The notes: generated from the sequence alone by a model not told the origin. A stretch of 64,000 nt of DNA from Tubiluchus corallicola (GCA_030141605.1 JAQGDQ010000064.1:124001-188000), one strand, 5' to 3'; positions 13,547 to 28,334 are shown, counted from the stretch's first letter. Translations and numbers: made by a program.

Positions 13547-14334
13547 GTAACTACTTCTCAAGCTATAACACCGAAAATTGAAAATTGGCGCCTAAAGCGT
13601 GAAACGAAATACTGATTTCTGGGCGAAGTAGAGTAATCAAACTCGCAAAACATTGAAGCATGATAAAACTACTTGGATGTGCTATTACGAAACAGTAACA
13701 AATGGGTTAGTGCTTTTAGAAATGTTTGACTTTTTATATAAACTTGAGTGTGTAAAAGTGCTACAGTCAAACAGGGAAAAATCGCCCTGGAATTTTGGAA
13801 TGCTGCTCCGATAGCTAAGGATACTGAAGCAGATGACATTTCTACCATGATAGATGTTGCTGCTGCGACTGACTAACACAATGCAAACTGTTAACATGTA
13901 AATATTTCATTTTATTATTTGTTATCTTTTCTATTTTTGTATGTTTTTACTACTAATATTAGTATTTTACAGCATTTTTTCTAAAATTCTAAAATAAATG
14001 TGCAGGCAATGAAAATATGTACATAAAACACAGAAAGGATTTTTGGAGTAATCGGTTATATAGCACTTATGAAGCACAGATAGCCATAAAATAAAACACT
14101 TTATATACAAATTTCCAGTTTTATAAACAAATGTACAAGCGGTTCATTCTTTGGGAATCTCAGTAAAGTCACAAATTGCAAAGCCGAGACATATAATTAC
14201 GCATTTTGGCTTGTTAATTACGACGTTCAAAACTGCAGTAAATTTAGCATGCTATTATATGTGGTTTTCTTGGCTTTAGAAATACACAAACAGCTTCACA
14301 AAACTACTGAACCCTTTGGTGCCACATATGTGTT

Positions 14335-14430
14335 TTTATTTTTAAAAAAATTATCTGGCGCGTGGCACCTAATAAGATAATTAGACAAATAATGAAGTGG
14401 CGCGCGGCAGATAATTTTTGAAAAGTAAAG
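14335..14430. repeat. Short inverted repeat (mini-MITE-like hairpin)
   Basis: AAAAATTATCTGGCGCGTGGCAC ... GTGGCGCGCGGCAGATAATTTTT. Confidence 0.6.
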
Positions 14431-14740
14431 AAAGGCTTCCGTACAAAACTACACGCAGGCCTAATTAATGTTATATACTAGTTATACGTTAATATCTTTT
14501 CGAGTTCGAATTTCGTGTTTATAAAGTTTAGCACTCGGAAATTTGAATCTGTCACTGAATGACAGGGCCTACATAACTGAATGGTTGTGTGCTGGGACTG
14601 GGATCTAGCTACTCTTTTGAAATGAGACACTTGGCGCTGATTCAGACATGTTCGGAGGAAGGAGTGGTGCTTTATTGAGCTAGACAAACAGCCAGTATCA
14701 AAATAGTGAATGAAACCGTCTAGAGTGAGTATTGAATTTT

Positions 14741-14821
14741 GTGGTCACCAATCCATTGTTTGATTAGTCTTGGCGTTGCTTAACTTCAGTTGGTAAGCAC
14801 ACACTGTAACCACCCGGTTAT
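14741..14821 (-). mobile_element. tRNA-A-box/5S-rRNA chimeric SINE-like head, copy 1
   Basis: Minus strand ATAACCGGGTGGTTA...ACTGAAGTTAAGCAACG...TGGATTGGTGACC; the 3' part matches the 5S rRNA internal control region. Confidence 0.6.
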
Positions 14822-17800
14822 TTCACTCGCTATGTTATTTTACAAATTTTGCGGTGTTTCTTGGCATCTTAATTACGCATATTACAGAAACGCATTAAAA
14901 GGGCATCACCAACTTTAAGGATATTATTCCTATTTTTATTTGGCGATTTATTTTACTTGGCAATTCCATGATACATTTTTTAATTGCATAATAGTGGTCT
15001 ACAATACAAACTTAATTCATAGAGGTATGTTATAATATGTGACTAATTTACAGTACTATACTTAACCAATTTTCATACGTGATAATGAACATCTGAATTA
15101 TGATAGCAGATCAGGTCCATGAGTGCTCAAAGTGTGCCTATAGTGCCAGTAGTCGAATAACATGGTAGAAGGACTCGTCTGCCACGTGACTGACGTACTT
15201 GCTCTTGAAAATGCAACATTTTAAACTAAATTTCATGTTTTCTGTGAATGTTCTCTCACCCATCCAGATTGTGCTAGGATGCGGATATAAATTGATTTTT
15301 TTTCAATCTAAGTTCTGTCTGTGTACGCACGTAATGATAGTAAGGAATTATGTATCTTTATAAATGAATTTCTAAAATGTTTATGGATTAATTTTGTTTG
15401 TTACATTTTAGCCGTTCTGTTAATAGCAGCACCACACAGCTTCAGCTTCTTTTTGACTTGATTATTATGGGCTGTTAAGTAAACATTTCTAGCATTGTCC
15501 TTTTCTATCCATGTAACTTATTGTTAATTATCAATAAACGTCTAATTAACTTAACTAACTTAACCATTACTAAAAGTTGCAAAGATGCCCAAAGTAAATT
15601 GATAAAGCGAATTAAATTCTCTCATACTCTTTCATGAATTCACTCCTTTTGCTTTTCCTGGCTTCATTCCTCTTTATCACCTGCTAGCATATCTGTTTGT
15701 TCGCTTTATTCTATAATTCTCAGCTTCAGAATGAGCAGCGAATCTTTTTGTTTGCAAATTCGATAATACCGCTGCGAAAATATAATTCTCTTTATTGGCA
15801 ATAGCTTGAGGTTTCAGCGTTTTATACCACAGTTTGCGTTGATTGCTATTGGCAGGCAAAGTTTTTTTAGAGACGCACACGAACCTTTTCAACCAACAAT
15901 GCTGCATATTTGTGGCAAGATGAAATTCGACAATTCTAGGCGGGAACGGATTTTGATGCAGTGTCCTGTGATTAATTGATTCTAACAGTGCAATCCCAGC
16001 TGTCCAGATCAAGATTCAGAAGTCTGATAAGTGTAATGAGGAATAAATGTATTTGGTCCTCAGTATCAGATATCTAAAGTCCATACAAAGCAATCTCGTT
16101 ATCTGTGTTCATCATGTACGGGTTAGCGTTTTAAGTCCTATTTTTTCGGGAACGGAAGAGGTCGGGGTGGGTAGGTGGTTGTTAGTTTCAGTATGTCAAT
16201 AGCAAATAGTTTACGTAAGAAACTGTTCGTGCCTGGCTGATCATGATACTAGTGTCACCTTATTATTGGTGTGGAATATATAGGAACCAAACCTGCATGT
16301 CTCAATATGTGCAAAGATCTGCTACTTCAAGAGCTAGACGTATTTTTTGCGATTAACGTTAAACGCCTTTTTATTCTCTTTTGAAAGTTTGTTTGGATTG
16401 TAAATCTCAATGACTAACCAAGGTTAGTTTATTATCGGATGGAAAAGTTGTGCTTTTTATTAAAAATGGAGCATATAAATAGGACAATTTTTCATACACG
16501 ATTGCGAAGTTCGTTCCGTACAACAAGGTTGCAGTATTTACAATTTAGAGCATCTTACCATAGTCAAATACTTAGACATCTTACCGTGGCACACACTGAT
16601 ATGGTAATTAGCAATCTGTATGCAGTACGGGCGAAGCCAAGAGGTATGTTATCTCAATTAGAAGAGATTGCTTGTAATGCTGTATAGGTCTACTGAGTGG
16701 CTGTTTCCAAATTTGAAAACTAACTGAATATACTTGCAACAGTCTGCAATTAATCCCAATAAGAATTTCTTTATTTGTATACGACAATGCCAATAAATCC
16801 TGGGCTATTTCTCAAGTTACCTATAGATGACTGTGCGGATCAAAACGTAAATATCAATAGAATTTTGTATTATATTAAAAATGATTATATGCAGTGACCG
16901 TTAACTGAATGTTGTATTGGAATTTTCCGGTACATTGCTTTAAACAAAAACGTATTTTGCTTGATAATAAAAATGGGCGTAAAGAATATCGCTGAAATAG
17001 CGGAAATATTACTTTAAACGGGAAGATATCAATAAAATCCTACTAAAACATTCGCAGTAAAATCAAGACATTTCGACTTCACTTGAATTATTTCCCTTAT
17101 GTAGTATCTGAAGTTTAAATTGGCTATAATAATAAGTTATGATAATAATATATAATAAGTTATAGTTTATATGCATAATTAATGTTCCTCTGGTATGATG
17201 ACTAAAAGTAAAGTAAGATTTATATACATAAGATATAGTTTCTGCAAAGAGTTTTCTTGAAATTTGTCATCCTTAAATTGAAATGCCTAAGTGTAGAAAC
17301 CATAATTCATTGGTAATTTTTTATTTTCATTTAAACTGATGCCAAATTTTGTAAAGACTCTTTGTAGGTCTTTGTAGAAGATCTATCTTATTTTGTATCA
17401 ACTTTACTTTTTAGGTATTATTCAACCGCGGAACATTGTGTATAGAAGCTATAATTTATTGTGTGTATATAAACTAAATTTCAGATATCACATAGTTGGG
17501 AAGACTCAAGTGCATCGAAACATCCTGATTTTATTGCGAATATCGTGAATACGCTGTGGAAATTTTGTTCAGTTTTGAAAAGAAAAGACGAGTTAGTGAA
17601 AAGTCATGTACTATTCATACAACATTGTATAATTCACGTCAAATCGTATTGTGTTTTATCATTTGAAGGCATGAAAATAGCACACATAAACTTAGTTTCT
17701 TCACGATAATCTTGTTTGCTGCTAGACTGTATTTGAGGTTTTTTCACTTCACACATTGCTGAATTACGAAAGGTCTGAATGACGAAATCTCTACCAATGT

Positions 17801-19062
17801 AGGCAATGTAAAATAGTCATTTGTCATTGGTAGTTGATCTTTTTCGCTTTGGCAGAGCGTAACTAAGATAACGACTAGATTGTCGAACTGTGCCTTTGCA
17901 AATTGAATCTGCAACGAAAACGAAGCTGCAACAAGAATGTATTTTGAATGTAATATCAAAATTTAGGTCATCGCCGACAAAAAAGCTAGCAAGTTGGTCG
18001 ATAATCACATACTGCCAGTCGATCGCCAAATACTATACAATTAATTCTGATTTGATTGTCAGTGTCAAACAAATAGTTATGACCGTTTATCTGCTAAAGA
18101 TAAAATCGCACAATTTCAATGCTGATATTATTTTCTCTGTTGTTAATTGGGAATTGTAACAGTTTAATTAGTTCAAAATTGCCGTAGCATTCATTAATCT
18201 TAAGTTTTTTGCTTAGACCTCTCCAAAACGAGTATAGATGACGGGAATAGTTAATATATTCTACTAGTAAGTAGTCAGTCGTTGCGGTCGTTCCACTGGG
18301 ATTTTCTAATGCTTTTATACAAGTATGCTGTGCTAATGACATTGATGTCATTATATGCATCTCCACTACAGATGACTAAAATGAACTCATGATACGATAG
18401 AGATTTGAAGTTATTGTTCTGAGGTTTTGATAAAATAAGTAGATTGTGCATTCAAGAATAGGCGACATAAGGCAGTGATGTAGCTCGAATTGAGCCCACT
18501 TTTTGACTTGGACTAAATTTCAAAAGCTTCAGACTGGAAGATCCAGGACTCAACTACACTGGAGTTGAATGCGGATATGTCTGTAAGGGTTTTGCCTGGC
18601 ACTTTCGGAAACGTACAACCTCAGATCAACTTAAAAGGCCTTATATGCCAGCATTATGAAGCATATTTATTTCATAACATTATGTAGTGTTATACAACTT
18701 GTTAATTATATTATGTATTACTATAGACGCTAAAGTTGCAATTACCTAGCCGATATGGCTTATAACAAGTAAATATGGCCAATACTAACTTTATGGTAAT
18801 TTAAAATTAATCATAAGACTAATTAAATGGTAAAGTTTAGTAATTCTGGTTAATCACAGTAAAATCGCTTAGATTTGACTTTGCATAATACTTCAATGAT
18901 TATAAGCTCAGCTCACGTAATAGTAACTACAAAAAATTCCTCGACACAGCGTTACCATGTCACACCCGAGTGTCGTCGTCTAGGTGCTTCTACGTTCTAA
19001 CACATAGCACGTTCCACCTGTTGATGCCATGCATTCCTGTCCGCTGTCACCGCCACGATGCA

Positions 19063-19275
19063 TCATCCCTCAAATCTAGAGTTGTATTTGCTAAATTTTT
19101 TTGTAGTATATCTACATATATCAGTGTTGACCACCTCTCGGCTTTTTGTCACTTCAAGAGCTTTACGTAACGCCACGGAAAGCGGAGACTCTTGAGGCAG
19201 TCTTAATACATATCCAGTCCAATGCAATCTTCTAACTTGTATTTGTTTACTCCAATGGTTCTTCTTCACCTGCGT
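19063..19275 (-). mobile_element. LINE ORF2 C-terminal fragment (RTE-like)
   Basis: WSKQIQVRRLHWTGYVLRLPQESP matches the RRLRW.GHV.R motif found after the RT domain. Confidence 0.65.
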
Positions 19276-19559
19276 ATCCCTGCTGCTGAAAGTATTTTCC
19301 CATTGAAACATTACCTAAGCGTCAAAAAATATGTAAGAAAAAAGATGGTGATGACCTAAATAGACCACCAATGCCCGTCGCAGAGGTCATTCATGCAAAA
19401 TTTCATTAAATTCCATGCATGCATTTGACCATTCATAAAGAGACAAATAAATCTAGCTCGCTTACTAGTATACATGGTATAAATGGCTGTTAGTTGACAC
19501 GCAACTAACTAATTAAAAATCGGTTTAAAATTTGTTTTCAGATATTACAAAATGGTCTA

Positions 19560-19722
19560 AAATGGAACCCGCTGTATCAAGATCTACTGCACGTTGAATG
19601 TATATATATCATTAACAAACGAATATCAGATATCATTTCGTCAGTGATATCATTAATGAATATAAGTAAAAGTAACGGATGCAGAACAGATCCTTGGGGA
19701 ACACCCAAATTCAGTTTCTCAT
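19560..19722 (-). mobile_element. LINE RT fragment (CR1-like)
   Basis: The minus strand reads LNLGVPQGSVLHPLLLLIFINDITDEMISDIRL, the classic GVPQGSVLGPLLF.I.IND motif. Confidence 0.8.
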
Positions 19723-20829
19723 TTATACAGGCAATTATAGCCCTTGGCTAATTAATTATTGGCGTCAATATTAGCTTAAAAGTAAACTAGAATGAATGGA
19801 TGAATGAAAGTGGTAGAGAGGCAAGCTTATTAAAAATCATTGATGGCTATACATCTTGAGTTCCATTTGTAAAACAGGACGGTAAGCACGTGTTAAAATA
19901 GCCTACCTCCAATTTCATTTACTCTCAATTTTACCATCAACTCTTTATGCTATGCCCTATTCACGGTCGCATATTTTGCATATCCAAAAATAGACCCTTC
20001 TTTAAGAACCGAAGAACAGAGCTTCATTGAAAGCGCCGCGTGTAACAATTGGATTACAGACGAGTCTCCGTGAATAAGGCTGGAATCCTTTGTGCCCAGC
20101 AAGTGATTATGGGGCAGGTAGTTTTATCTGAACACATATCTTTCTCTCAAATGCAGAACAGCACTAGGCACTATAATACTAACCAATCTTTAAAATTAAT
20201 CTTAATATTGAAAATTTCATAAATGGTGGGTGAAAATGTCAAATTTTCTTTATAACAATTGATTAACCAAATGCTTTGTCACCGTGAAGAATTTTTTACT
20301 TGGATTTGTTCTGCCTCGTGGTGGGAATTAATTTATTTAAATGGCATGGACATTACATGTTGATTACAGTGCTAATTACTTTTTCGTGTCTCTATTTTAA
20401 CGCTAATAATGGCAAATTTATATTAATATTATCATATTACGGTCTTATAGTAATTTTATAGTGGTATGGCATCCATTATATACCATTTGAAATAATCATG
20501 ACATTGGTGGTTATTTTGGTATTTATCAGTTTAGATATATAAACAAATTGGTGACAAATCATTGCTGAATTTGACTCTGCCCGTTTTATTGGAATAGTCA
20601 GATGAACTGGTTTACTTACCAACGACAGAAGAACACATCGAAGTAAATCTTACAGCAAAGTCAACGTTGAAATCCTCTTACATGGCGTCGTTCTTTTATT
20701 TATTCAGTTGCTGGACTTTTACTCAGCTAAAAGGTTCTTGCGTGAGCTAACTATTGTTAGCTGTATTTTTATATACATTTCGACACACGGCAAACCTGAA
20801 TCCACAATTCAGTGGTAGGTATACTCAAG

Positions 20830-20983
20830 GCGATACGATATCAAAGATATACGCTAAAGCCGGTGAAAGAATGATTCTTTTGCGACTAATATAAAGAGCT
20901 GGCACATTTCCTAATGATATGATATGATAAAAATGTACAGCACCGTGATTGGGCCAGTTGGTGAATACGCTTGTCAGGTATGG

Positions 20984-21063
<80 letters not shown>

Positions 21064-21290
21064 TTCTCTCTCTCTCTCTCGCTCTCTCTCTCTCTTTCTC
21101 TCTAGAGACTATTAAAAAACGCTAATTGAAAATAATTTTTCCAAATGAAAACTGTATAGATGCTTTAATTTTGATCAATTTTCTACAGTTATTTAACCAT
21201 CACGAAAATTCTTGCAAAAATTTTTTCTCGTCAATTCAAAATCCTAATACTGTAATCCACACTCTATTGCCAGAACGCCTTTTGCAAGCA
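20830..21290 (+). mobile_element. LINE fragment (CR1/L2 group, post-RT region) interrupted by a (CT)n array
   Basis: KIYAKAGERMILLRLI*RAG...IKMYSTVIGPVGEYACQVW, then (CT)n, then LETIKKR*LKII...CKNFFSSIQNPNTVIHTLLPER. Confidence 0.75.
20984..21103. repeat. (CT)n microsatellite
   Basis: Directly visible. Confidence 0.98.
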
Positions 21291-22078
21291 CGTTCTTAGA
21301 ATGTTTATGCTGTAGAAAATTATGTTCGTTTGTGATGTCATCAATAGTTGTGCAAGTTCGCCGTTAATTAAAATTTTAATCTATAATTTAATTATCAGAA
21401 ACGCTTTTGCATGTTAAAAAGTATACTTTTTATCGTACTTGAAAATATATGCACTTGGTAGTATATGAAAAATCATCCTTTTAAGTATTTTTGCCGTAGC
21501 GCAGACCTAAGGTTATGTCAAGCCCTAACATCGTAAGCTACAGCTGTTAGGCGTGTATCTGCAGCAACATTAATAGAACTGAACAATACTCCACTTACTT
21601 GATTTCTGTGTATTCGCGTCACGTTAACACTAATCGAACTCTCGGTGTTTTGTAGAAATTCTTTATTGTTTGAAGGAAATGAAACCCAGTGCCTTGATTT
21701 TATCACTAATTTAATATTCCACAACGTTGCTTTGCAGAATTAGCGCTGAATTCATAAACTGTAGAGTATATATGACCTGTTTATGAATTCATCCAATAAG
21801 TTGAGTGTTTATCCAATTTTTTTAAAAATGTGCATATCTACTACCGTTTTTCGGTTATAAAGGTATGCGTTAGCTTTAAGGTACAGCTTATGTTAGTTAC
21901 TACTAATTTTAGCAGCGGCGACAAAAAAGCACAAACATTTAGTAACAATGTATTCTGCAATAGCCGAATATAGAGTGCTGGCTACGCTAGAAAATAATGC
22001 AAACCATTATGACTGTGTCACAAACTTGTATGAAAGTTTCACTCACAGTTTCGCTTAAATTGTGATGCTGCGCAATAG

Positions 22079-22104
22079 ATGGCGCTACCTTACTGCAACA
22101 AGAG
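22079..22104 (+). CDS. Weak candidate first micro-exon (MALPYCNK + 2 nt)
   Basis: ATG, 8 codons + AG, good donor GAG|GTAAGA at 22105 (phase 2). Short enough to be chance. Confidence 0.25.
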
Positions 22105-22932
22105 GTAAGATACGCTAATATCAACGTCAAAACAGTTCGCAGAACAGTTGTTATGAAAACTAAAATACTAGACATAAATTCAATGTTGCATTATGAAAAC
22201 TGTACTAATTACAGCGTAACAGCTAAAAGCAAAATTTTACACTCTGCGTAAATGGTGGTATTTATGTTTCGGCTTTGTCTTGTTAGAACTGAAATTCTCA
22301 GTTATTACATGTGGCAAATCGCCGCCAGTATTTGCTTTCAGCAAATGCACACGTATATTTGGAAGCTGAACAAACGTGATAAAATGGTTCGAATGATTAG
22401 TATTTGATCTGGCAGACTAATAAACACTGGAATTGCGAGTTCAACTTCCGCTTTTCAACTATTCGGCAAAACTTTGATATCCTTTTCAAATACTTAATTG
22501 AGAAATTATAAAGAAAAAATTCAACTATGTTGTCGAAATTTCAGAATCTAGAGTGTTCGTTAACTTAAGCAAACGTAAAAGTTTACAAAAATCATGATTA
22601 TTAGCTTTGATAGGATTAAAATTTTACTAAAGATGACACAGTTTAAATGTCAGTAAGATTGACAGGATTAAAATTATGCAGTTTTAACTCGACTTAAAAC
22701 GAATTAACGTTGTGTACACTTACAGTAACTTCATTAGTGTAAGTAGGCAAAGTGAGGTGCGATGATTTCAAAGAATACTAAACAATACTTTACTTGTCCG
22801 CAATGCGAAACATTGGGTTAGTTTAGTTTGGTTTAGTTTAGTTTACTTAGTTTTTTGCCCAACTGCCTTGTTGTTTAGAGCACTATTTACCGTTGTCAAC
22901 GAATCCGTTTCTCCGTTATGATTTCAATAGAA

Positions 22933-23015
22933 TCTCTCTCTCCTCATCTGCCTTCTTCCTCCCGTCCCCTTTCTTTACTCTTTCTCTCTCTCTTTCTCTC
23001 TTTCTCTCTCTCTTT

Positions 23016-23091
<76 letters not shown>
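22933..23091. repeat. (CT)n / pyrimidine tract
   Basis: Directly visible. Confidence 0.97.
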
Positions 23092-23094
<3 letters not shown>

Positions 23095-23340
23095 GTTTCT
23101 GTTCGTTCTCGCTCTTTCTAACCGTTTTTTCCACAGAGGCTACGCCTCTAAAATGAAACATTGAAGGAAGAGGTGTCTCAGCCGCATTAAGATGTGCATA
23201 CGTCCTCCCAGTAGGAGGTAAATATCCAGTCAGGATCAGAACGGTACGTAAAACTACATAGAGTACACTTGCATTTTGTAAAAATTAAATTATCCTTGTT
23301 GAATAAGTAAATAAGCAAATACGGGAAGAATTGAGCTTAG

Positions 23341-23414
23341 CCATACATCCAATTACTGATTATCATTCTTAACTTCACTTGCCGAGCGCATGCCTTGATC
23401 ACTTGGCTACTCCC
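23341..23414 (-). mobile_element. tRNA/5S chimeric SINE-like head, copy 2
   Basis: Minus strand GTAGCCAAGTGATCAAGGCATGCGCTC...GAAGTTAAG...CAGTAATTGGATG. Confidence 0.5.
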
Positions 23415-26400
23415 TAGACCTAAACATAAAAAAGTCTAGATCCTTTTTGATCCGGGATTTGGTCATTCTGCAAAGCAAATATGTCTCTCCTGGTTGAGTG
23501 TACAATCGGGAAAGTTTCTCTTGAGTTTACTGAATATGGCAAGATTCAGGCAGTGTTGAGAATAACTGATAATGCTGAATGTGCAGTAGTACCACTAACA
23601 AATCCACAGCTAAGCAACACTCCAGAGATTATTGAAATAATCAATGTGTTTACCCAAGGTGTGAGAGCCTCATCATATCTCTTCTCTCAAGCCGTCTTGT
23701 AAATATTTTTGCAGATAGTGTTAAACAGTTCTATGCCAGCAAAACCTCCCGGAGTTTAATGAGAAACAGCAAATTAGCAGCTATTGAAAAATAATATGCC
23801 GGTGCTTATTCCGAAGGTTCTAGACTTCACTTTTAAATTTATTTGCAAACCACGTCGAGATGATGATTTAATTTAAGCTTCGTTCAGATCTGGTTTCAAG
23901 CTTTCCTTATTTCGTTCATTTGTCGAATACCCACAGTTTGCGAGTCGTATCTCGAGCAACAATCATATTAGACTGAAAATGCGCTTTTTGTAAGAGTAAC
24001 AATTAACAACGTACAAATAAGCTAAGTTCGCCAACCGCTAACCACTAGCACACCAAAAGTAACACTTTCAAATGCGAATTTTTCCGTTTCCGTACGAGAT
24101 TCTAGCTGCTTTTATAATTTCTCTAAAAAGATAATAATTATCGCGTAATTTGTTGAATGATTTATGGTGCAATTATTCCTATAACTCGTGCTCAGCGAGT
24201 CATGTTAAATGTAATACGTGTTTTTAGTTGCTTTGAAATTAGTGAATAATTTACCAGGGCTAAAATTTTCCCATTTTCAAACGAAACATTGGTTGAGCAA
24301 TGAGGATACATGCGCGCATGCGCGTCCGTCTGAATGTTTTGATGCATTCTCAATAGCGAGTGAGAGCAAACCAGTCAAAAGCAGAAGTACTGCGTGTGCG
24401 TGTGTGTGTGTGGGGTGGGGGGGGGGGTGTTGGTGGGGGTTGGGGTCGTGTACGTAGGGGCAGTAATACTTGGGGTAGTATAACGTTTTATTATCAATAT
24501 TTATTGAGTTGCGTTTCACTACGAATCGCTTACACTGCTTCACTATTATTAATCAAGTAGCTAACAGTATTTTGTTAAATAATGGTATCAACACTTTTCT
24601 CAAATTAGCTTTCAACTAACGATATCATTAATTAGTTAGATCTTCTCCTTTCTTTCACCAACTCATTACTTACAAAGGGTAATAATCGTTAAAAATAAAC
24701 GGCAATAGTTTAAAAATACTCTGGCAATCACAATCGTAATCTAACTAATTAATGATTTTGCTAATTTGATAGTAAATTAGTTTATTGTAAATAGTTTGTA
24801 CCAATTGTTTGTTTTTTGTATTTTTTTAGTGTGAGTAATTCTTTGACTAACATCACCACCACTAACAACAACAAGAACAACCACGACGACGAAGACGACC
24901 ACAACAATAATAAAGAATATCAATTATGAAAAAACTTCAAGAATCAATTAGTAACTAAAATATTAAGTGCGCATTAATTTTGGACGAGGATGCTTAACTT
25001 GTTTTATTAATTTTTACGCGACTGTAAAATTAACCACGCACAGTAATTAGAGGCTTTATTAAAAACCTGCTTTAATCTTACGTAATTACGTAATTTACTC
25101 GTAATTAATTTTATTTCTGTAATGCAGTTTCTTTCGTCGTTCACATGTATAATTCAACAACAGCGATGTGGTTTAAAAGTATAATTGGTACTGACGCCTG
25201 CAAGCATTAGTCGTCTAAATCGCTGAAATTTTTCATTCATTGCGAGACAAGACAAAATCCATCTTTCTCTTTCGCGACTAACTGTCTTTTAGCTGCAGGC
25301 GAATTTATCTACGATGTTCTATGGCAAGCTATCAGTAATTTTTGGGTTATCGCTTGCAAGGAGGTCCATTTTGCCGCATGCCGGCTTCGTTTTCTCGTTC
25401 TCTTTGTTCAAGTAATAAGTTTTTAGCCAGTTTTTATATTTTTATGCGAAATAAACTCATAATAATAATAATAATAATAAGAAGAAGAAGAAGAAGATGG
25501 AACCCCCGAAGCAGTTTCCCTGACCCCAGCGAAAGTTAGCGATCCATTTACTGGCCATACCTGGCTGTTTTTAAGCTTTGCCGCTAAGAATCAGGTTGTG
25601 GGTTCTGTGTGTGACTGTTCACCTATAACATCTTATTTACAGCTACACAAAATAATTGCAAAAGCAGTTTTGTAAAGAAAACAGATGTGCAAGTTAAGGA
25701 ATTGCTCTCCCTGCAATTCCTGCTCTGCTTAATAGCATTTTTGTCTACATTTGTATAAATTGTCTGTCTACACAATAGCTCCGATTGTGGAATAAAACAC
25801 ACGCACACCTGAAAGTTACCTATTAAAGAAAACTGACGAGAAATCAAAATTTTATCGAACCTTTTTTTATCAGGTTTAACATTGTGCTGTTAAACCAGAA
25901 AGCCAGACTAACTGTAATTGCAAGGCTATTTTAGAATTCATCGAAACAGTTCAATGACGATTGAGACACATTATGTACAGAACAAAATAGTATAATTATA
26001 AATTACACGTATTTAATTGTAAATAATATTATCGCCCATGTATAGTGAAGCCAGTTGTGTTGATTGGAGGGCGTCGTTATTTTGCATTACCTGTAAGCGC
26101 CTTTGTTTCAGATGCTAGGGTGCTCTAGTATGAGGAGTTAGACAGCCTTTGAATAGTGCAAACTCCTGTTTTTAGTTGTATAGACTCCTGTAGTTGTGTT
26201 TCAGTGTGCTGCTGTTATAGATCAGTATGTCTCTGTTTGTTTCTGAAAATTGGCTTGAAGTTTGTTATACAGATCCTCAAACGTTTGTAAGTTCATTTGT
26301 TTGCTTATTTTTATGTAGAGCTTTGCAGTAATTTATTTGTTGGCTTAATAGTTTCTGATGGTGTTTATTTTGTCACAATCATGCCTAATTATTGGTTTTT

Positions 26401-26837
26401 TGCAACTGTTTAAAGTGCATGCGCGTGCGCGTGTTTTTGTGTAGGCGTGCATGTGTGTGCAGGTGCGTGCTGATTTGTGAATATGCCAGGAAGTTTGTTT
26501 GTTAGCAAATTTTGCGTTTGTTTTGTAATGCCATATGTAATGGTTTAATTTTGAGTCATTTTCTGCTTCAGTGTGCTTGTTGTTAATTTGCTAATGCTTG
26601 TTTCTCATTTACTCGCACATTTACTGTTGCTTTATTTTTGTTGATATTCTTTTTTTCTTTTTTTGTACTGCAGTTTTACTTTTTTGCAACAAGTAGAAAA
26701 TAAAAATCTGTAAAGCAAACAGCCAGTCTTTACAAATAATATAATTAAATTATTATCATTTAATAAAAAAAGATAAATTCAGTTTTTAGCGTTGTTCAGC
26801 TGCCAAAGCGTTGTTTTAGCGATGTAGCTGCCAAAGC

Positions 26838-26946
26838 ATCATCACCATCATCGCCATCATCATCATCAGCAGCAGCAGCGTCACCTTCGTCGTCGTCGTC
26901 ATCATCATCATCTTCATTATCTTTGTCACTTTCACTATCATCGCCG

Positions 26947-26987
<41 letters not shown>

Positions 26988-26998
26988 GTCACCATCAT
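26838..26998. repeat. (CAT)n imperfect microsatellite
   Basis: Directly visible. Confidence 0.95.
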
Positions 26999-28334
26999 TG
27001 CCTTAACTATGAAAATCGTCATTGTCTTTTCTGTGGTCACCACCACTGCCGTTACCATCATTACCGTTTCAATAAAATGCCAAAATAGAAATGCCGTTAC
27101 CATAGTTATCTACGCATGTAACAACCATCGTGTGCTAATGCGCAACGTGTCTGAACGAAAAGTGAAGCCCAGTTCAGTTGAGGAGATACATTATTATTCT
27201 CATCAGCGGGTGACTATAATAGTTTGCGTTTGTGTGAGATAGTTTCTCTGGTCGTGCAAATTCTAGCAATTTGTAAGACTTAAATGCGTTTGAGTATGCA
27301 GTTTAGAATTATTAAATGTGAAGTGATCGTCATTTTATTGTCGAATCACACGCATTTTGAGTGTTCTTCCATTTCGTTATTTTACTGGGATTGTTTTTAG
27401 TGAAAATGTGTTTTAACTTTTTGGATGGAAACTATATAACGATATACAGATTTCGTCATTCTGCGAACGATTGATGCACTTTTTTACTCAAAGCAGTTTT
27501 ATTTGTTTTTTTGTCGTGTCAAAATGTCGAGTGAATTCTGACCGAAACGTAATAGTACTAATATGCGAAAGGTCTACTTTTTAGACCTTAAATTACTATC
27601 ATATTGACCTGCGATATATTTCCTTTGTGGAGTTGTATTCATTGTTTAGTGATGTCCACTGTCTATACTGTTAGAAGCAATGTAGTGCTGATTTCAATTG
27701 CTATCTTTGAAGTTCTTGTATCTTTTCTTTTTTGCTGTTCTTCTTTTCTTCTTCTTCCTTTCTATCTTGTTTAATTTATAAATGTCATTCCTTTTTAGCC
27801 TTCCTAAAATCAAAATAAACAATTCCCTTGGCAACACAATCACAACGAAACACAGAACCTTTTGGTGGACAGATGGCGTGAAAAATGAAAAATTTGCAGT
27901 GATTCTTTTTCAAATGACGCGTTATATGTTTCCGGGAAACGTTCGTACTTTGACGGTATTTTAAACAAACATTTTCCTTTGAATCCTAGAAAAGTCTGAC
28001 GAAATTGCAAAATATTTTATTGATAATGATGTTCGTTTCATGGACTGACATTTCGCGCCCGAGTGGAGTAATAATGTTGCGGTTGTAAATATTTCCGCAG
28101 TTGTCGAGGTCTATGAAATTCTAATAAGCACAGATCATACGCGATACAGATTGCATTACAGGTTAAAATATTGCACTTTTTGCAGAGTGCTTAATAAATG
28201 CAGTAGGGTGTAATGCAGTGCGGCTGATTTGAATAGTTGTAATTGCTGTGAGGTGAAGATATAGAAAAAAGTATCTATTAGAAAAAGATATCAGTGTAGA
28301 TATGCTCATTTAATGTAAAACTTAGTCCCTAAAC

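Noticed and set aside
14741-14800. Functional 5S rRNA gene
   Set aside because: Only the central part resembles 5S, it is heavily mutated, and the 5' end is not 5S-like.
22071-22086. CTCF-like AATAGATGGCGC motifs (also at about 47394)
   Set aside because: Only the half-site matches; cannot be supported from sequence alone.
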